DNA of 64,000 nt, taken from the NCBI GenBank assembly GCA_035495955.1, contig DATJFE010000067.1:19972-83971 (forward strand), given 5' to 3'. Source of the stretch: Vicinamibacterales bacterium (GTDB taxonomy: Bacteria; Acidobacteriota; Vicinamibacteria; Vicinamibacterales; 2-12-FULL-66-21). The notes below the pieces were generated by a model. The model made no database searches, was not told the origin of the DNA, and was given only the letters and a program-made list of their open reading frames with translations. Of the stretch, positions 59,872 to 64,000 are shown in pieces. Positions within the stretch are counted from its first letter, which is position 1. Each line of letters opens with the position of its first letter. The translations under genes were made by a program, and so were the position numbers.

Positions 59872-62316
59872 CTATGCGTGCCGCAACACCTGTGCCGGGT
59901 CGGCCTGTGATGCACTCCGTGCTGGCAGCCAGCCGGCGACGACGCTGCTCGCCACGAGTAAGAATGCACCGGCTCCGAGGGTGAAGAAATCCTGCGGCTG
60001 AACACCGTAGAGCAACGTGGAAACGAGTGGCGAAACCCAGAGACTCGCAATGGCGCCGAGCGCCACGCCCATCGCGACCTGCAACCCGACGCGTCGAAGG
60101 ACCATTACAACGATGACGCCCGGCGCCGCCCCGAGCGCCAGCCGAACTCCGATTTCAGCACGTCGGCGACTGACACCGTAAGCCGTCACGCCATACAGCC
60201 CAAGCGCGGCAAGCAGCAGCGCCAGTCCACCGAAGAGTCCCGAGAGAATCGCGATTACACGCTCTTGAGCAACCGAGCTGTCGATCTGTTCTGATAGCAG
60301 TCGCGGCGAGAGCCGCGCTTCAGGATCGACCGCGCTGATGGCATGAACGACGCCGGGTCCCAGGAGTGCCGGCGCGCCTCCAGCTGCACGCACGCTGATA
60401 TTGATATACGGCGGCGGCTGTGAACGTTGCGCGATCGGAAGATACACGGTCGGCTCATGCACATCTCGAAGGGTGCGATAGACGGAATCCTCCGCGCAGC
60501 CGACAATCTCACGTTCGGTTGTCGGCCGGCCCGCGTAACCGGCCTGGCGGATGTGCTGACCGACAACACATCGCCCTCCGAGGTACTTCTTGACGAACGA
60601 TTCGTTCACGATCACGACCGGCGGCGCGAGCCGTCCATCAGATCGGCCGAATTCGCGTCCTGTCAGCAGGCGTGTGCCCAGCGTCGAAAAATAGTTCGGC
60701 CCGACGAGATTCGCGACCATGCTCCGTTCGCTTTCCGGCATCGACGGCGCATCGCGTACGTCGAGCAGAAATTGCCAGAGCATCCCGTTCACCGGGGTCA
60801 TCGCCGATATGGTCGCGCTCGCGACACCAGGCACCTCGGCAGCTGCGGTCCGCAGGCGCTCAAATTCAGCAAGCGCAGCCTCTGGCGACGCGCTGCGAAA
60901 GTCGCTGTCGACGCGCACCGTGAACACGCGATCGCGATTCACGCCGACGTGTTGCTTCGTAAGGGCCAGGAACGTTCGGATGAACAATCCGGCGGAGAAC
61001 ACGAGCACCATCGCGAGCGCGACTTGAGCCACCATGATCAGCTGGCTCGACGAGACGCTGCGACCTCCCATGACGTTTCGCGCGTGCTCCTTGAGCACGT
61101 CGCTCGCCTGTGTCCGCGCTGCACCCAGGGCCGGTGCCGTGCCGAACAGCACTGCGGTCCCCAGCGTCACTGCAACCGTGAACGCGAGGACTCGCCAGTC
61201 GACCGAGAGGTCAAGAGAAATGAGGCGGTTGAAGGTTGACAGCTGTTGCACGAGCAGACGGCTGCCCCACACAGCACCACATAGTCCGATGGCGGCGCCG
61301 ATGCCCGCTAGCAACAGACTTTCGGACGCCAACTGCGCTGCTAACTGTCGACCCGACGCGCCGAGTGCCCGACGCACGCTCAGCTCATGTCGTCGCGATA
61401 GCGTACGTGCCAGAAGCAGGTTGGCGACGTTGGCGCACGCGATCAAGAGTACCAGAAAGGTGATCGCCAGTAACATTATCAACGGTCGCTGATACTGGGC
61501 GCCAAGCTGCGAAGGGCCCTGAGAGACAGGCACGAGCTCGAATGGGGCAGCCAGGTACTCCGCCGCCTCCTGCCCACTATACGTGCTGGGCACCGTGGCC
61601 ATGCGAATGCCCGACTGGATCCCGCGAAGGGATGCCGTGCTCGCCGCGAGGGACTGGCCGGGCCGACCTCTCACGATGACCTTCACCCACCAGGCTGTCG
61701 GAGCAGACACGAGGGAAGGACTCCCGTGAAGTAACGGCTCGGCACTGTACGGCACGGCCACATCAAACCCCGTTCCGACATCGAGCCCTAAGAACCGTGA
61801 CGGTACAACGCCGACGATCGTGAATGGATGCCGGCCGACCACGAGGGTCGTCCCGATCACATCTGTCCTGCCCGCAAATTTGCGCTGCCACAACCTGTGG
61901 CTGATCATGGCCACGGGGTTGTTGCGACCCTCGGCGCGGTCGTCGGCCATCGAGATAGCCCGGCCCATTTCAGCGGTCACACCCAGTATCTCGAAAAAGC
62001 CGCCACTGACGAACACGCCATCGACAAACTCGGACTCGCCGCGTGGCGACAGATCGAACCGCTCCTCCGACCAGGCGCCAACTCCGTCAAAAAGCTCCTG
62101 ATGCTGCTGAATCTGTTGCCAGATCGGGAACGTCAGGAGGCCCTGTGGACTCTGGGGGGACGAAACGAACGCCAACCGATCGCGGTCGTGCACGGGCAGC
62201 GGGCGGAGCAGAAGGCTGTCGATAATCGAGAAGATCGTCGCGTTGGCGCCGATCCCGAGCGCACAGGACACGATCGCCACGAATGACAACAGCGGAGACG
62301 ATCTAAGGAAATGCAT
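59872..62316 (-). CDS. ADOP family duplicated permease (MacB-like, two FtsX domains)
   Basis: 814 aa. ...SFVAIVSCALGIGANATIFSIIDSLLLRPLPVHDRDRLAFV..., two FtsX modules (...LLIACANVANLLLARTLSRRHELSVRRALGA... and ...YGVTAYGVSRRRAEIGVRLALGA...). Confidence 0.9.
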   Translation of the reverse strand: MHFLRSSPLLSFVAIVSCALGIGANATIFSIIDSLLLRPLPVHDRDRLAFVSSPQSPQGLLTFPIWQQIQQHQELFDGVGAWSEERFDLSPRGESEFVDGVFVSGGFFEILGVTAEMGRAISMADDRAEGRNNPVAMISHRLWQRKFAGRTDVIGTTLVVGRHPFTIVGVVPSRFLGLDVGTGFDVAVPYSAEPLLHGSPSLVSAPTAWWVKVIVRGRPGQSLAASTASLRGIQSGIRMATVPSTYSGQEAAEYLAAPFELVPVSQGPSQLGAQYQRPLIMLLAITFLVLLIACANVANLLLARTLSRRHELSVRRALGASGRQLAAQLASESLLLAGIGAAIGLCGAVWGSRLLVQQLSTFNRLISLDLSVDWRVLAFTVAVTLGTAVLFGTAPALGAARTQASDVLKEHARNVMGGRSVSSSQLIMVAQVALAMVLVFSAGLFIRTFLALTKQHVGVNRDRVFTVRVDSDFRSASPEAALAEFERLRTAAAEVPGVASATISAMTPVNGMLWQFLLDVRDAPSMPESERSMVANLVGPNYFSTLGTRLLTGREFGRSDGRLAPPVVIVNESFVKKYLGGRCVVGQHIRQAGYAGRPTTEREIVGCAEDSVYRTLRDVHEPTVYLPIAQRSQPPPYINISVRAAGGAPALLGPGVVHAISAVDPEARLSPRLLSEQIDSSVAQERVIAILSGLFGGLALLLAALGLYGVTAYGVSRRRAEIGVRLALGAAPGVIVVMVLRRVGLQVAMGVALGAIASLWVSPLVSTLLYGVQPQDFFTLGAGAFLLVASSVVAGWLPARSASQADPAQVLRHA

Positions 62317-62328
62317 CTGAGACGGATT

Positions 62329-62505
62329 TTAGCCCGGCAGGGTGGGAACGCCGGCCTGAGTCTGCGCTGCCGCGTCGGCGAGCGAGGCTTCGTATCGGTC
62401 CTTGATCGTCTTCAGTTCGCGGCTCGTCGCGTGCGCAGTAAAGCGGAGATCTTCGAGTTCTTTCTCCTCAGCGTCCGCCCGTTCTGATCGACGAGATCTG
62501 TCCAC
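62329..62505 (-). CDS. hypothetical small coiled-coil protein, 12 nt upstream of the ADOP permease; start uncertain (GTG 62505 or ATG 62643)
   Basis: Only the C-terminal part looks protein-like: DRSRRSERADAEEKELEDLRFTAHATSRELKTIKDRYEASLADAAAQTQAG. No family recognised. Confidence 0.3.
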   Translation of the reverse strand: MDRSRRSERADAEEKELEDLRFTAHATSRELKTIKDRYEASLADAAAQTQAGVPTLPG

Positions 62506-62664
62506 TGCGCTCGATGGGTGAGTACGGCAGGTCACCTTCACTTGAAAGAAACTTGAAACTCTGCGCACGAAAAGGGCCGTTTCGACCGGAGACGGCCGAA
62601 GCGACTGTGCGAATTTCCTAAGAAAACCGACGCAGCCGGACACCGCCGACGTGTCCGGTTGCGT

Positions 62665-62711
62665 TTCTCAGCCACGGGACCGGGGTTCGAATCCCCGTAG
62701 GGGTATACCAA
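62665..62711 (+). repeat. direct repeat of the 3' half of tRNA-Glu (att-like site)
   Basis: ttctcagccacgggaccggggttcgaatccccgtag is identical to 53741-53776. It continues gggtatacca versus cggtacca in the tRNA. There is no matching 5' half or anticodon stem upstream, so this is not a second tRNA. Confidence 0.85.
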
Positions 62712-62934
62712 TATTCTTCGAGGGGCTTCGCTCCTCGAACTCCCCGACACGCGCTCTCGCTCGCGCTGGGCCGTTCGCGTGGCCCACCGGAATGAGGGTC
62801 ACTACGGTCACCCCTTCTCCCTCGCCATTAAGGAACCGCAGGATCTAGTCTTAGTGACGAAGACTTACAGTACTGATTCGCTCGAACTTCTCGACTATTT
62901 GCGTGGTGAAGCGGATGGGGCTATAACCCACCCC

Positions 62935-64000
62935 ATGTGGTTACTCTCGCACGACCTCCGGCTCGCGTGTCGCCGCTTGCGTCTTGCGCCGGGTTTCACC
63001 CTGTTTGCTGTGGCGTCGCTCGCCCTTGGCATCGGCATCACGACGGTCGTCTATTCGGGCGTGCGTACGTTGCTGTGGAGGCCGCTCGGCGTCCCGAATG
63101 CGGAGCAGTTGATGGCCGTTCGGAACGGACGCAACTGGCAGTCGGCGTCGTGGCCGGATTTCACCGATCTTCGCCAGCAGCAGACGACGTTCCGCTCGCT
63201 TGCCGCTGTCTATCCGATCACGACGGCGATCGGTGCCGGAGATGGATCGCAGACGATTCTGGCTGAGGCTGTGTCCGGGGATTACTTCGCCGTTGCCGGC
63301 GTGCGAGCGCGGCTCGGACGTTTGCTCGACGCCGTCGACGAGTCGGAAGGTGCGCGTGTCGTGGTCGTGTCCGAATCGTTCTGGGAGGTGAATCTGCACG
63401 CCGAGCCTTCCGCGATCGGGCGGACGATCAAGATCGGCGGCGAAGCATTCGAGCTCGTAGGAGTCGTTGCTGGACCTTTTCACGGACTGCAGCCGATCTT
63501 CCCGCACTCGGCGTGGCTACCCGTGACCGCCATCCCTCGCAATTCAGTGGGGTTCCGAGTGCCACGAGGGTTCTTGGAACAACGGGCGGCACCTGCCTTT
63601 GAAGTCTGGGGACGACTCCGATCTCCGCGTGATTTCGGAAACGCGAGCGCGGAAGTTGCGTTGATTGGCCGCCGGCTCGAAGCCGCGTATCCCAAGGATG
63701 AGCAGCGCGGTACTCGGCGCCAATGGCGGGTGCAGGCGGACGCCGCAACGCCGCCGGATAACGAGAGCCGGTACACGATCGTCTTTATGATCCTGACGGG
63801 GATCGCGACCGTCCTGCTGATCGCGTGCACGAATCTGGCGAATCTGGCGCTCGCCAAGGGGACCGCGCGCGCGCAGGAGACCGCCATCCGAACCGCACTG
63901 GGCGCGAGCCGGTGGCGTTTGATCCGCGAGCAACTCATCGAGGCGCTCCTCATCGTCGGAACGGGTGGTTTGCTCGGCGTGCTCGTCATGCTCCAGGCAG
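62935..64000 (+). CDS. ADOP/MacB-like permease, N-terminal 355 aa; continues beyond right window edge
   Basis: My translation from ATG 62935 is stop-free to 64000: MWLLSHDLRLACRRLRLAPGFTLFAVASLALGIGITTVVYSGVRTLLWRPLGVPNAEQLMAV...GDYFAVAGVRARLGRLL...VVVSESFWEVNLHAEPSAIGRTIKIGGEAFELVGVV...LIACTNLANLALAKGTARAQETAIRTALGASRWRLIREQL... It is not in the ORF track because it has no stop in the window. Confidence 0.85.
   Translation, partial: MWLLSHDLRLACRRLRLAPGFTLFAVASLALGIGITTVVYSGVRTLLWRPLGVPNAEQLMAVRNGRNWQSASWPDFTDLRQQQTTFRSLAAVYPITTAIGAGDGSQTILAEAVSGDYFAVAGVRARLGRLLDAVDESEGARVVVVSESFWEVNLHAEPSAIGRTIKIGGEAFELVGVVAGPFHGLQPIFPHSAWLPVTAIPRNSVGFRVPRGFLEQRAAPAFEVWGRLRSPRDFGNASAEVALIGRRLEAAYPKDEQRGTRRQWRVQADAATPPDNESRYTIVFMILTGIATVLLIACTNLANLALAKGTARAQETAIRTALGASRWRLIREQLIEALLIVGTGGLLGVLVMLQA

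Larger units (their letters stand above)
53741..62711. mobile_element. putative degraded tRNA-Glu-associated genomic island (~8.9 kb) bounded by a direct repeat of the tRNA 3' half; no integrase found
   Basis: 36-nt identity 53741-53776 = 62665-62700, with similarity continuing to the CCA. Cargo: excisionase-like pseudogene, TA pair, gene fragments, sulfatase+maturase, ADOP permease. GC is visibly lower, and the short tandem repeats seen elsewhere are absent. Confidence 0.55.

Noticed and set aside
53785-62664. Integrase or recombinase gene within the island
   Set aside because: I looked through all listed ORFs and my own translations of the gene-poor stretches (54083-54802, 56146-56568, 59414-59871, 62317-62664). 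I found no R..H..R..Y-type or serine-recombinase-like sequence. Absence cannot be proven without a profile search.
62637-62711. A second tRNA gene
   Set aside because: Only the segment from the anticodon loop to the 3' end is present. The upstream bases cannot form the anticodon stem, D arm or acceptor 5' strand.

Overview
High-GC (roughly 68-70% by eye) bacterial chromosome segment. The gene content looks like Acidobacteriota: TIGR03436-type VWA proteins, TonB-dependent receptors with a carboxypeptidase-regulatory-like N-terminus, and ADOP/MacB-like permeases. I support about 50 protein genes, one tRNA-Glu(CUC), several intrinsic terminators and one TetR operator. Main blocks, left to right: (1) housekeeping and exported enzymes: ThyX-like, thioesterase, CocE/NonD hydrolase, rhodanese, TonB receptor, M20 peptidase, GDP-fucose synthase; (2) an RND efflux pair; (3) a six-gene beta-oxidation operon (tetR/fadR-fadN-two alpha/beta hydrolases-fadA-fadE) with a palindromic operator; (4) an ABC-2 exporter divergent from a CsoR-type repressor and a second TonB receptor; (5) a lipoprotein with a degenerate metalloprotease motif; (6) a translationally coupled five-gene operon of exported sulfatase-like/TPR, VWA/TPR and beta-propeller proteins; (7) a beta-lactamase-fold/NamZ fusion; (8) a heme A/heme O biosynthesis cluster with a cupredoxin lipoprotein; (9) a divergent M23 peptidase/bactofilin pair; (10) a roughly 8.9 kb lower-GC segment bounded by tRNA-Glu and a 36-nt direct repeat of the tRNA 3' half. 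Block 10 carries a frameshifted excisionase-like gene, a ParDE-type toxin-antitoxin pair, permease gene fragments, a Cys-type sulfatase with its radical-SAM maturase and an ADOP permease, but no integrase. The most unusual signal is not a gene. Almost every gene boundary in the core region carries its own short tandem repeat (period 7, 9 or 13-14 nt), often G4-prone or arranged as inverted arrays. Some of these repeats are read through as protein tails or linkers, and none occur in the tRNA-flanked segment. Many long ORFs in the supplied track are GC-driven shadow frames, and I do not report them as genes. All family assignments come from motif recognition by eye; no database search was possible.
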